DNA of 64,000 bases from Balanoglossus misakiensis (lineage: Eukaryota; Animalia; Hemichordata). A model generated the notes under the pieces. It saw nothing but the letters and a program-made list of their open reading frames with translations, was not told the origin of the DNA and did no database searches. The stretch lies in the NCBI GenBank assembly GCA_040954595.2, contig CM082586.2, forward strand, positions 4,471,125 to 4,535,124, written 5' to 3'. Both the position numbers and the translations under genes were made by a program. Below are positions 1-12,185 of this stretch, one piece after another; positions within the stretch are counted from its first letter, which is position 1, and every line of letters begins with the position of its first letter.

Positions 1-414
1 CTTAAGTTCAAAAAAATCGTTCAAGAAATAGTCATACTACAAATGTTCAGAATGACCCGAATTTCATGACCTTTTGACCTCTATTGACCTCAATTCAAAA
101 CGAATTACCACCAAAATATATTATTTTGGTAGAGTTCTAAAAAACACACAATTTGAGTGGTAAATGACTGTTCTGGCTTTAGTTTTGCTGGAGTTACAGC
201 AATTTAAAGTTCCCCTACCCCCAAAATTTGGGTCGGAAATTTTTAGGTTCTTACATTAGTTTTTGAGGGAAAAAATGCAGAAAGCTACTCGATAGGCAGG
301 GCTATCACCCCAATTTATAATCTAGAGATATAGGCCTTTCCAAAAATCTATGTGAGGCTTTGTCCATCTTTCTGATACCAATTTATGAAAAATCGGGTCC
401 TGGCCCATGGACTA
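1..414. mobile_element. Right end of a DNA transposon (Academ-like terminus), truncated by the window edge
   Basis: AT-rich non-coding sequence ending ...AAAAATCGGGTCCTGGCCCATGGACTA, followed by an abrupt switch to GPCR coding sequence. The TAG...CTA-type terminus resembles Academ-superfamily TIRs as I recall them; the family assignment is not verified. Confidence 0.5.
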
Positions 415-784
415 CAAGGTGGGCATTGGCGGCGGGGTTGGCGGAAATGACGTCATGGGTGCGGAACTGCTGACAGCAAAGAAACGACTGATCAAATTGC
501 TGCTGATAGTATTCTTGGCCTACTTCATTTGTTGGACACCGGCGATGACTTTCCAGTTATATCTCAATCTCGGGGGGTCCGGAAAAGTGTTTACCAGTTA
601 CCGGATGAACTTTGTTCTCATGTCGTTCGCCAACTCCGTCATCAACCCGTTCATTTATGCGTTCAAGTACAGGCAATTCCGCACGGCTTTCTTGAAGAAG
701 TTCTGCCCACACCTGCAGCGCCCAAAAAACGAAGTCGGCCCAGGTAATACAAGTTCACTGAACACCATTCGTGTCACTAATTAG
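415..784 (+). pseudogene. Rhodopsin-like (class A) GPCR C-terminal half (ICL3-TM6-TM7-helix 8), probably transposon-interrupted
   Basis: KKRLIKLLLIVFLAYFICWTP (TM6 CWxP), FANSVINPFIYAF (TM7 NPxxY), QFRTAF (helix 8). In-frame TGA at 386-388; the ORF ATG (407) lies inside the putative TIR. Could instead be the last exon of an intact gene using a weak acceptor at 418/419. Confidence 0.7.
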
Positions 785-1459
785 AACTTGAACAACAAAT
801 AAACTTGACAAGTCCAACAGGATTGAATCTCATTATTTATTCCAACGAGAACTAGCATGAACACGGAAACATATAATTTAATATTTAATGTACCGAGCTA
901 TCAATATAAATAATATTTATATAATTTAATTCATAATTAGTTCATTTTAATATTGTGGAATTTCAATTTACATGTCGACTTATAACTTTGACAACATATC
1001 TGTTTAGATCATAAGCTCCTTGTAGCATTTCTATTTTATATTACTCATAGTGGTCCAGTATGTTATGTATACTTCTTATCTCATCCTGAAATTTAAATCT
1101 TATGCTTAATTAGTTAAGAACATTATAAAAGGTATAATAATTTTAATTGGATACCAGATAAGAATGTTTAGAAAATTAAGAATTTCACCACAGATTCTGA
1201 CTCGTGGTTATTATTATTTTCGACACTGTCGTTTTTTGCATTGTTTCTCTTTGATTTTATGTTAATAAACTGTCAAAAAATTACAAGAAACATGTATTAG
1301 ACAGTTCTTTTTTTCGCGTCAAACGAATAGGGCATATAAGCATAATAAAGCTTTTGACATGTGATGTCAATCAGTGGGTGGAGCTCAAATTCAAGTATAT
1401 GTGCACAGCTTGGGCAAAAACTTCCGAATGACGTCAGAGGTATCCAGGAGGTCAGAGTT

Positions 1460-4400
1460 TCAAGGGTTCGAATTCTGCACTGAGTCGTATGATTCAAACG
1501 AACGCTTAATGCTGCCTTCGACGTCGTCTGCTTCATCACTTTTTCGCACACCTTTAAAACATCTGTAATAGACGACGTATATGGCGTACAGAACGCAGGT
1601 TCCAGTTATTATCCAGGCAATGATAGTGCTACTTAAGGGGAACCCGTACTCGTCCATCAACGTTGCGCCAATAATTGGCCCGATAAACAGTCTGCAACAA
1701 TTTTATGAAAAATAGAAAAAACAAACAGGAATAATTCAATGCTATTGTATACATCCTTATCAATTACTATAGCCGATGTGTTGTACATGATTTACCGTTC
1801 TTACTCACCTCGTCAACGATTGCAATACCAATATGTTTATACATTTTGTATCTATACTGTTGAATCAAGACACATCACTTACCCGAAGTTATCTGCAAAG
1901 TAATACAGGCCTGATACGAGACCATACAACTTCACATTATCTTCGTAGCCATTCTCTCTGAAAGATTGATAGATATTGGACATTTATTTTATGGCGACAC
2001 CCGTTTTGACATTGGTAATGTACTGACAGTATTGTTCCGTCAATATTAGTGTTCGTTTCCACATTTCGACACAGTATAGACCCCTGACAAATTATCATTT
2101 TCCACCAAAGCTATGTTTCTATCGATGAGTTCACTTTCATACTTATATACGAATTTTTCATCCGGGTATTTTCCATAATATGGAAAGTATCATTTATAAT
2201 ATTGTATGCGTCACTTACATCGCTACATTCACCATTTCCGGTATTATGGTAATGATGGCACCAACGCCGACTCCCATGATGCTTAGGCCAACAGCTATGA
2301 TAGAAATTGTCCTGTTGGAGTGATAAGCGTATAGGAGAGGTTTGTCTTATCCGCCATCTTGGAAACAAGGTGCATTGTGGGATAGAACTGGAGGGGGTAT
2401 TGCAAGTACCCATCCAGTTCTATCCCACAACGCACCTTGTTTCCAAGATGTCGGTTAAGACAACCCCCCCCCTATACTCAGTGATTACCCCCCAAAAAAT
2501 AAAACATGAATACACAGATACAGTTGGTACTAATTTATTCACCATAAAAGGGCCTTGCAATGTAAAGATAATACCCAGTGTGTTTGACGGAATCGACGAT
2601 ATCTTACCGTGTTAGATGCAAGAAAGGTGCAGGGCCTACCAGGAAGTAGCCAATTGCTCCTATGGCCAGACCAATTAAATTGAGTTCCTTTAATATATGC
2701 TGGAACGAGGAAAAGACAGATTATATACCAACACAGCCACAGGGCGATAAAAGATGAAAACGGTATTTCCAGTAGCGCTTCGAGCGAGTGTAGAAGACCA
2801 CCTTGTCATCTCATTTAATCATCAGTATTCGGGACTAGAGAAACGCCTCTTTTCGAAAGCTGACAAGTCTAGTTAACGTGCGTTACGATCTATGACAGAT
2901 ATACGTACCCATCTGTCGCCGATTAGACCCCAAAGTGGCGACGAGACTCCGAAGCCTACACCGACCAGAAAGAACAAGAACGCCGCGGCTGCCGCCGCTT
3001 CTACATCGAACTGAAATCGGACAAGACTCGGTTAGACTGTCACATGGCCTCCTTATCAAGAAATATGACAATCGAAAATCAAATTAATGATGACAGGACT
3101 GAGAAAAACATACGGTACGTCAGAAACGTATATTACCGCAGTGAGGGCTAGGGACAGCGTTGAATCAAGATAAGTGATCTCAATGGAGTTGACGACCTTG
3201 ACAAGCATTCCCAACACTATCCCGGCAATCAGTAGTAAGGGACCGATCTTTTCGCTTCTGTGCGAGCTGGCACATGTATCTGTCAAGGCAAGGGCAGACA
3301 AACGAAGTAGGTAAATAGAAGCATGTATAGGAAAAGAAACATGTTCCCTCTGGTCTGTTCACATTACACGCCCAATGATCTGGGTACATTATTCTCGACA
3401 TCCAATGGTAATATTGATATCCAACATTATCAATGCAACACCCACACTGTCAATCATTACCCATAAAGTCAGAAACTTTAAGTCACCTCAACGGTTACCT
3501 GTCCAATTAAATCACTTTTACCTTTGTACTCTGGGAAAAGGTAGATGCATAGCGGTAATATGAGTAGAAGGACGCCGCCTAACGCCAAGAAAGGGAGGAA
3601 ATATCCTTTTGCCTGCAATTGATAGAAACAGAAAAAGTCACAAATGAACATAAGTTTGCACCGTAAGCTGTTTCTATACATTTTTAATATTCAAAAAGTC
3701 AATGAGAATCGTTTTGCAGGAAATCAAAGATGGCGCTTACGGCATATAGCAGGCCCCCTAGCGTTGGGCCGGTGATGATCCCCAGGCCAGATGCTATCTG
3801 TAGGACTCCCTATGCAACGAAAGAAAAATAAAGCATCGGATAAGCATATTGTAAAATAATCAATAATAAATACTCTGGGGCGATAAAAACGAACATATAT
3901 AGTACAGGTTCGTTTTAGTGCATGCACGACAATATGTTAACTGTTGCGAATCATGAATACGGTAAAGCGGGCGCATGTGGTAGCATTTTACCAGGAGACT
4001 TGCGGTGTGGTGTGGTGTGGTGTCTTGCACGCACTTACTATGAAAAACGCCACATTAGTGCGATAGATCTGGAACACTATAACTATGGATGCCGTGTTAC
4101 ATGCTTGGACACCGAACGCTTGTATGGTGCGAATGACAAAACTCATTACTACGAAGTAGGCTGCGTTCTCTATGGCATCAAGACATCTATAGAAGGAAGC
4201 ACACGCACAACTATTAGAATTAAAGCACTGTGTCGCAAAATGTGACGTCAGCAGTTGTCGTACGCCCATGTCCCGTTTGTGGTGCAAAGGTCGACGAGTA
4301 TGACACGGGTTGTTGATTTGCATGATATAATGCCTATTAATTTTAATACGAATAAATGATACGGGTTATTAAATAGCATGACAATCTACAGAGTTGCCTA

Positions 4401-5350
4401 TACTGCATGCGTATTGATACCAGCAAAACCAATCCGCAGTTTAGGTTACCCGTGTCATTTGAAGTTCTGAGATTTCATAAATACAGATGTGCTATGCCAC
4501 TGGCCACAGAGGATAGCGTTTGAGGTTAACTGCCATAAACTAAAATTGTCATAAGGCCATATTAAATTCAAACGTGCATTTCAGAGTGCATTAAAAGCTT
4601 GTGGACTTTTGCTTCATGTAACAGAGATTGACAAGTTGTATGCTTCCCAATTACACTTACCCGAACAACAACGTAGATAAACCAGAAATCCCGCATCCAA
4701 AACAAAATATATACTTCGGACCAAACTTCGCCATCTACAAAGAAGTTGTCAAACAAGACAGAATAATGAGTAATTATCCGAAAAACCTCTGCAGATTCTC
4801 TAGCTATTTATCCTCACATTTTACGTTAAGTTTTGTTACTCACACTTTTTCCTATTGGCGGAGAAACGATGAAGGACACCAAAGCGAAGCTTGCCAAGAC
4901 GAACCCGACTGTTAGAGAGTTAACGCCTTTTCCCAGAGCCTGTAATAGTTAAGCCATGCGTAGGTCATCAATGTGCCCTATATATCAGCCATGTTTGTGG
5001 CCATGTTCATTAGATATGTGCACCCCTCACAACATCCATATTTCAGCAAGATTCTCAAGCTGACAATCAATCAATCCATGTCGTTTCCAACTATGACTCG
5101 CATTCAATTTCAATTTAATCTGACGCTGATTCAAACACGCTTCTTTAATATTATTTCGCATAGATATTTCTGTCTGCCAGTACATGCTTGACTAGACTGT
5201 CGAGAAGCAAATAATAATGACGTGTATACTTACAACTTCTGGGTAGAACGGCGAAATGACGGAATAGCAGCACTTCAAGAAATATTTAGCGAAACACAAA
5301 CAGGCTAAGGTGGCGTGTTTTCTTGCCCTTGAAATTTCCGCGTCGGCCAT
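1460..5350 (-). CDS. SLC18B1: MFS transporter SLC18B1-like (vesicular polyamine transporter family), 12 exons, ~443 aa
   Basis: Exons 5350-5234, 4939-4844, 4734-4661, 4186-4039, 3809-3741, 3612-3522, 3279-3137, 3010-2909, 2699-2608, 2311-2219, 1957-1883, 1691-1460; all GT-AG, total 1332 nt in frame. Motifs CYSVISPFYP, GLGIITGPTLGGLLY, GYFLPFL, SPLWGLIGDR, LVGPAPFLH, ENGYE..YGLVSGL, FIGPIIG; ~12 hydrophobic helices. Confidence 0.85.
2330..2476. mobile_element. Palindromic MITE (~150 bp, TATAGG...CCTATA ends) in SLC18B1-like intron 9
   Basis: CCGCCATCTTGGAAACAAGGTGCATTGTGGGATAGAACTGGA (from 2351) is the near-perfect reverse complement of TCCAGTTCTATCCCACAACGCACCTTGTTTCCAAGATGTCGG (to 2454); pairing extends outward. 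Confidence 0.75.
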
Positions 5351-5768
5351 TGCGATAAAACGACGACAGGGTCGGGTAAATCTGCGGGACTGTTCTCAGT
5401 CACACTAGTAGCAGTCATTATATCACATTATATCAGGTATTTATTGAAAAGTGTTAATTAATTGATATTATTGCATATGAACTGCCGATTGCGTCGATGT
5501 TCCCTGCATCTGATTTTAATCAGATTGGGGGCAACCGTTGCGTAACACCGGTAGTGGCTGGACAGTGCGTCAACTTTCGCTTTTGGGGGCAACCGTTGCG
5601 TAACACCGGTAGTGACTGGACAGTGTGTCAACTTCCCCCTTTCTCTACGTGCATTGTATTGTGTGTGGTGTTTGCCTTAGGTACGGGAGTACACTCGTTA
5701 AATACAACAGCCGATTCTCACGTGAGTGCAATGTGACTGTCATTTGTAAACTGACTTAATTCCCAGCC
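5351..5768. promoter_or_regulatory. Putative bidirectional promoter between SLC18B1-like and NRF-6-like genes, containing a 58-bp-period tandem duplication (5525-5634)
   Basis: Divergent ATGs at 5350 (-) and 5769 (+) are separated by 418 bp. Two near-identical copies of TTGGGGGCAACCGTTGCGTAACACCGGTAGTGRCTGGACAGTGYGTCAACTT. Confidence 0.6.
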
Positions 5769-8700
5769 ATGGCGAAGGTAGCAACCGTCTTCAGCTTTCT
5801 CCTGCTGGCAATGGTGACTTCCACTGCACACGCGCAAAAGTCGAACGTAATGGATTCCGTGTTCGCCGTGTTGGTGGAGTGGCCGAACCCGAATGCTACG
5901 GGCAACCCTCTGGGGAACGTCACACTTCCGTGTTATCGTGACATGCAGAGCTGGCTTGTCGACCTGTCGCCCCCGGTTTCACAAAAATATGCGCGAGAAA
6001 GTGAGTCTAATTTTTTTTCCAGTACTTGTCTGATTGCAACTTCATAAGCTTATTACTGTTTTTACCAATGGTGCGTGTATAAGTATGTACTTGAAGTCCG
6101 GAACTCGGACGTCTAGATGCTTGTACCACGATAAACACACAAGAAACGATAGATGATGATATGATATGAAAGTATCGCGAGAGGGCGTTGTTGAATGACA
6201 GCACTTCTTAAAGTGTGGGTGTCGTCCCGTCTGCGGCTGCGGGTTGGGTCACATAATACACAGTGGCTAGCAAGTCAAATTGAAGTAAGCGCAAAGTGGG
6301 TGGTATTGGTGGTGAAACAACTCCTCACCACCAAAATGACAAAATATTAATTAATACTCACAGAGTAACCACATACCTATAGTTGCCAGGAATCTTGCAT
6401 CCTGGAATGAGAATGTGCCGTTGAATTGATTCTCGAAATAAACCTTGCATGACGTACAACATGACGTACAACGTTCTATACTCTTACACACGCAGTGTAC
6501 GAATCAAGCGCGTCATTCAGAACCGACTATGATTTGACGTACAACACCAAAGACCCCGGGAATTTCTGGATGTGCCGCCAGGTAACCCCGCAGAAAAGTG
6601 GTCACAGATTTGGAGGCCGTTACTGTGGCACCGCCACTGTGGTTGACCAGGTAAGACGCCAAATGTAGTACAATATTATCACATCCAGTGCTTGCCATAT
6701 TTGAACGGAAGCATCCGATTCAGTCCTGCATAACTGCAACTGCTAAGATTACGTCATTGCAAACCGTCCATCTATAAGTAAGGCTGTAAGCCTATTGCAG
6801 GCTATCGCTCTCTCTCTCTCACACACTCACACGCACGCACACACACACACACACACACACACTCTCTCTCTCTTTCTGTCTCTGTGTCTCTTCTCTGTCT
6901 CTCTGTCTCTCTCTTTCAGATCAGAACCTCATGTGAGCGATTGTACATCTTAAACTTAAGCAGTGCCATTTTTCGTTGTAGTTCCAGAACCAACTATACA
7001 TGGGCACGTGTTTCCCAGATTCATGCAAGGAGAGCGACGTGAACATATTCGTGTTGGAAGGTATGTGATATATACGTCTATCATGCAAACTGTTTCCCTG
7101 GAAATTTTGCATTGCATTTGTGCATTTCCTACTTATGGATTTCGTAAGCTTTGTATGTACACTACATTTAATTTGTACAGGTTTTCGGCACGGAACGGCG
7201 AGTCCCTATTATTCAACAGAGTCTACCTGTGCTGGAAGTCATGCTTTGAGGGGAAGCGATAAAGCAGCAATGTAAGTTGCAGTTGACGAGAGTAGTTCGC
7301 AGTCTACTTTGACAAACGTACGTAACACAATAATGACCAATCTTGAAGTAAATCATCTGAGAAACATACAGATATAGAAAGACAGACAGAACCACCGACA
7401 TACATACATATACATGTATACAGACGGACGGACGGACGGACGGACAGACAGACAGACGGACGGACGGACGAACAGATAGACCGCAAACAGACTGTGTGAG
7501 ACAGATAATGGCAGACAGAGTCTCCCCGTTAGTACATTGTGTTTTCATTTATCTATATATTTTTTACTTTTTTTTCTCAGAGTCATTTGTTCAATTTTAC
7601 TGTTGTTACTGTTACTTGGTACTGCGTTGGATATATGTCGTTCATGGACGTCGACAAATGCAGGCTGGGATAAAGCGGACGGGGAGTCCCAGAATGAGGT
7701 GGAGCATCTGAATCCAACCGAAAGTGAAGATGAAAGTTTGATCCTAAATACATCTGCTAGTAACCCTCGAGGTAGGTCTCGCAAGCGTGCGTATATTTTT
7801 GTGTCATCAAACATGACCGTTTTTCACTAGTTAAATATACGTCACGCATATTCGCAACTGTCAACTTTTCAATGGCTAGAAGATATATGTCGCCTTAGTT
7901 TTGCGAAGTCAACGAATTGTCATGACAACATACCCTGAGGTATCTACGTCTTCGTCTGCAGGGGTCGCGAATGTCGCCACTGTCATAACCAGATCCCTTC
8001 TGGCGTTCTCCGTTCTGGATACTGGCCGGAAGATTCTTTCCACCAAAGCTGGCCGGGGAAGCATTCCCTGTTTGAACGGGATCCGTGTGCTGAGCATGTT
8101 CTGGATTGTCCTCCTGCACACGTACCTATTCGTCGGTGCCAGTTCCTCGTATTCCGGTGAGTGTTGGTCCATTAAAAAGGGAGAAATTCGGAAATCATGG
8201 CTGGTGTAACCGTGTAAGAAATATAAGAAATTAATTGACTCTAAATCAACTTGTGGTGAAACATGTTTTGATTCTTCCATAAGGCAACTATCGCTATGTA
8301 ACCGATGTCGTTTATCAGAGATGGACAGCGACGGTTCTGTGGCAGGGCAGTCTGGGCGTCGAGGCATTTCTTGTCCTCAGGTATAATACTTAGCAATTTT
8401 CAATTGTTTTCTGTACAGAATTAGAAGAAAAGAGCACTCCATTTGACTTGAACATTTCCTGTTTGAGTAACTACGAAAATTATGATAATTAGAATGAAAG
8501 TAAAATCTTGAAAATAATTCACAAAATGGCAGCTATTGGGGCTTTAATTATCATCACAAATTTTGCTGGGGGATAGTGTCAGGTCGGTATGCTTCTTACG
8601 AGTGCTCCCGTGTTCCTAACAAGGGCTCCCGTGTTCTTACAGTGGTCTCCTGGTGAGTTACCTGACCCTGAAGCAGTTCGACAAGTGCGGGGGACCCAGA

Positions 8701-11141
8701 AAGCACGACTGGTTGCTGTTCTACTTCCACCGCTACTGGAGGCTGACCCCGGTGTACGCCTTCTGCCTGATGATGTACACGACGCTGACGCTGCACATGG
8801 GCAACGGCGTCTGGTGGTACAACTGGCACGGCGCCCAGGAGATTTGCCAACAGAGATGGTGGGCCAATATGCTGTACATCCACAATCTGTACCCGTTCCC
8901 GGGAGACGTGTCTCAGGTATGCACGTCCTCAGTGTGAACTGAAGATGTGAATGAAACGTTCAGGTGGCGCCATTCAGCTAATATACATGTACATGTACAC
9001 CTTTCATACATCACTCCAGAACATATATGACAGAGGGTGCTTGTAGAATCAATACGTTCACCCCTTACTAATGGTGTTCGCGGTAGTAGCATACCACTAG
9101 GGCATATGATATGATTTGTTATGATTTGAATGGACTTTCTTTTATGCCTTCAGTGCATGGGATGGTCTTGGTATCTCTCAGTTGACATGCAGTTATACGT
9201 CGTCAGTCCAATATTCATCATTGCTTTCTACAAGTAAGTATTGTCTCTGGTGTCACCGCTTTCTTGTGATGGTTGATACAAAGCTCGAATATATACGGTT
9301 GATACCATTATTTCTTTCTCGGGCATTCTTCTTTAAATGAACGTACATTCGAGGGGCGTCGCCTCACAGAAAATATATCACGTGTCCTCTCATGATAAAC
9401 TCGCGACTTCATCCCGATTCAACTGTGTGCAAAGGTTCGGCATACAGTCGTCTTCAAATTAAATCGGTTCTCAAATGTATTTTTGTCCTTTCTGTGCAAT
9501 TCAATGTTACCGTTTCAGATCTTGGAAAGCTGGGTTTGGCCTGTCTATTGGTACTATACTGTGCTCGTTTGCCGTGAGTGCATACCTTGCTACAGTTCAG
9601 GGCATGCCCGTTGGCGTGGACACAAAGTAAGTACTCGACAAGCGTCATGGTAACGGCTCGCTGGGCTTCAAGCAGGGCTTGATCCCAGCTGTGGGTCTTT
9701 GGCCCCGCTTGTGCGAAACTACATCATTAAACATCGGATGGTCCTGCAAATGTTTTACCCAGATTAAAGGCAAAGTGCTTCTACATATATGCAGGTTGGT
9801 TTTGTTGAGTGGTGCGATCCATCATGGCCGCCAGTTACCTACAGCTGGTTTAGAAAGGAGTAACATTCGGCCATGTTTTCCTTTATTGGCCTAAAGATTT
9901 AGATGCCAACGAATTCTAAGCGTTTGGTTTAGAAGCGGTAGAGTTCCAGCTGCCCCTATTCCCGGATTTCAAAGATCCAGGTGTCTTCCCAAGACATATA
10001 GTATTCCCAGGGTGTGCCATCATGTTTCCTGATACGTTCCTCGTCCACAGAGTTTACGGTAGTCCGAAGTACGAACCAGGAGACTGGCTCTACGGTAAAC
10101 CATACTACAGAATTCCCCAATATCTTGTTGGCGTTAGTTTGGGCTACGTGCTGTACAGGTTGAAGGGAAACCAAGTGAGAATTAATAAGGTCAGTTTACT
10201 AATATTTGGCTATTCATGTGACCAAAAATATTACAATGTGCTTGACACAGGTGTATGGTGGTCTTATTGGCGAGACATCAAAACTCAACAAAACTCCTGT
10301 TGTGTGTGTTTTGTTTTGATTTTCACAGATTCTGAATCTTTGCATTTGGTGTTGTGTTGCCGCGGTGGCTTTGGCGGTCGTTTACGGTGTTTACCCAACG
10401 GCAAAGGGTGACCGCTTGCCTCAGTACGCTGCTGTTATTTACACCGTCTTTCACCGATTTGCGTTCTCGTTGTCCGTTGGATGGGTGATCTTCGCTTGTT
10501 GCACGGGCAACGGAGGTATGGTAAAATGTCTTCTTTGCCCCTTTACTGGCTTATCATCAAGTACGATTAGATAGTTCAGTCACTCTGTGTTGTTGTTTAG
10601 TTTTGGTAAATAAAATCATACGTCATTGTATTGTAAACCTGTGTTTACCTGACAGGTCCCGTGAATACCCTGTTGTCATGGAGTTTCTGGCAACCTCTGG
10701 CAAGAATGACGTACTCAACCTATCTTGTCCACTTGGGAGTAATCTTCTTGTATTCGTTTGGATTTGAATGGATGTGGTACTACTCCGATTTTCACTTTGT
10801 AAGTCGTCATCGCCTTAGTCCTGATAATGAAGTAACGTGTATTCTTGATCTTCTTTGCCATTTTGCGATTATTCAAGGAAGGACAGTTAACGTACTTGAA
10901 GACAACAGATGACAATTTGATCACAGTTGCTTTAGTTCCTGTATCGTCACTCACAGAATACTCGCCGCATTGAATTTACCTTCGATTTTTCGTATTTTCT
11001 GTCTTCTCCCAATAGGGCGTTGAATTCACCGGCATTCTTGTCATCAGCTACGCCGTCGCTTTCGCCACTGCTATGGCCGTTGAATTCCCCATGATTGGCT
11101 TGGAGAGAGTCAATATACGAAGAAAAAGCAAAGACTCATAG
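5769..11141 (+). CDS. Nose-resistant-to-fluoxetine 6 / OACYL-like protein (signal peptide + NRF domain + acyltransferase-3), 14 exons, ~698 aa
   Basis: Exons 5769-6000, 6496-6650, 6982-7060, 7181-7271, 7581-7771, 7962-8156, 8284-8380, 8643-8916, 9154-9233, 9519-9626, 10051-10189, 10329-10515, 10656-10798, 11016-11141; total 2097 nt in frame. Motifs LNGIRVLSMFWIVLLH, GVEAFLVLSGLL, HRYWRLTP, CMGWSWYLSVDMQLY, YGKPYYR, PLARMTYSTYLVH, VEFP. Confidence 0.92.
6808..6918. repeat. (CT)n/(CA)n compound microsatellite
   Basis: Direct reading; intron 2 of the NRF-6-like gene. Confidence 0.9.
7420..7480. repeat. (GACG)n/(GACA)n microsatellite
   Basis: Direct reading; intron 4 of the NRF-6-like gene. Confidence 0.85.
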
Positions 11142-12039
11142 CATCATAGCATGCATAGTTTCCTAACCTCAGTCGACAGTAGTCACCAACTGTATCACAT
11201 GAATATCCCAGGTGTACTTGTAACTGTCGAGATTTCAAGCAAGCATATTACATTCTCTCGCAGTAAATGACATAAGAGGTCTGCGTAATATACGGAATAC
11301 ATGGTTTCATAGCCTGGCTGGACAACGATTGCTTTGATCTGTTACAGTAAATACTGCAAACAATCCAGTAGTTTAGTGCTTTAAATGTATATCGAACAAT
11401 CAATATGCCCGGTTTCTGCCTCAGTGTTCAAAGTACCAGCAATATTTCTAACTTTCTACAACGTACGTGTGTTTGGCAACGTCGCTCTCTTTTGACGGTT
11501 TTGGTTACTTTTCTTTGATATAAAAAATGTCTGTGCTGTTCGAGGAAACCAAATTGGTAAGGAAGTATGCATTTCGTCTAGAGGTCACAACCATAAGTAT
11601 CTTTACGTATACAGGGGGTAAATTTTTTCACTTTTTGAAGTTTTCAGATATCATTATTATGTACGCCGAGACTTCCTGCAGTTATTCCGTGTAGTATTGA
11701 CATCACAAAAAGTCAAACTTTTTCCCGTTCAAAGTATGATAAGTATTTTGTTTTATTTTTTGCATTTGTTGTTGTAACTGTTTATAGACTGGCAAATCGC
11801 TCGCTCGATGGCGATCAAACGACGCGGAGTTTTCCAGTCTTGGGGGACTGTGTGAGCAGTACATCGACTTTGCGCTTTGCAGAAGTTTAGGCCTAATGTA
11901 GTTATAGAAAATATAGACGTGCAGCAATAAAACATATCCAGACATCCAAATAGGAAGCCTTGTACTGTCTACCTTTGCGAATACACGCACAATAGCCACG
12001 AAAAGTAAAGGGAATCATCTGAAAGAATGCTTTTTAAGG

Positions 12040-12185
12040 ACATGACCTCCCCCGAACATGCTGAAGGCTTGGCTCGCCATTCAGACGGCGATTACCCACA
12101 ATGCCCGTAGAAAGCCACCTAGCTTGGTCGAAATTGTTGTTCACACCTGAGAGATGCTGAGAGTGTAGTCTTCAGTCAGGTGAGC
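12040..12185 (+). promoter_or_regulatory. Probable promoter and non-coding first exon of the Kelch gene
   Basis: ZNF143/SBS-like TTACCCACAATGCCC at ~12092, then a splice donor CAG|GTGAGC at ~12180, 1.7 kb upstream of the Kelch ATG. Confidence 0.45.

Noticed and set aside
8157-8642. Apparent missing exon or phase clash suggesting an NRF-6-like pseudogene
   Set aside because: Exon 8284-8380 (GNYRY..GVEAFLVLS) restores phase; the gene is intact.
8590-8642. Short ~21-nt duplication at the exon-8 acceptor creating upstream AGs
   Set aside because: The upstream AGs are 19 and 40 nt away and would shift frame; no support for functional use.
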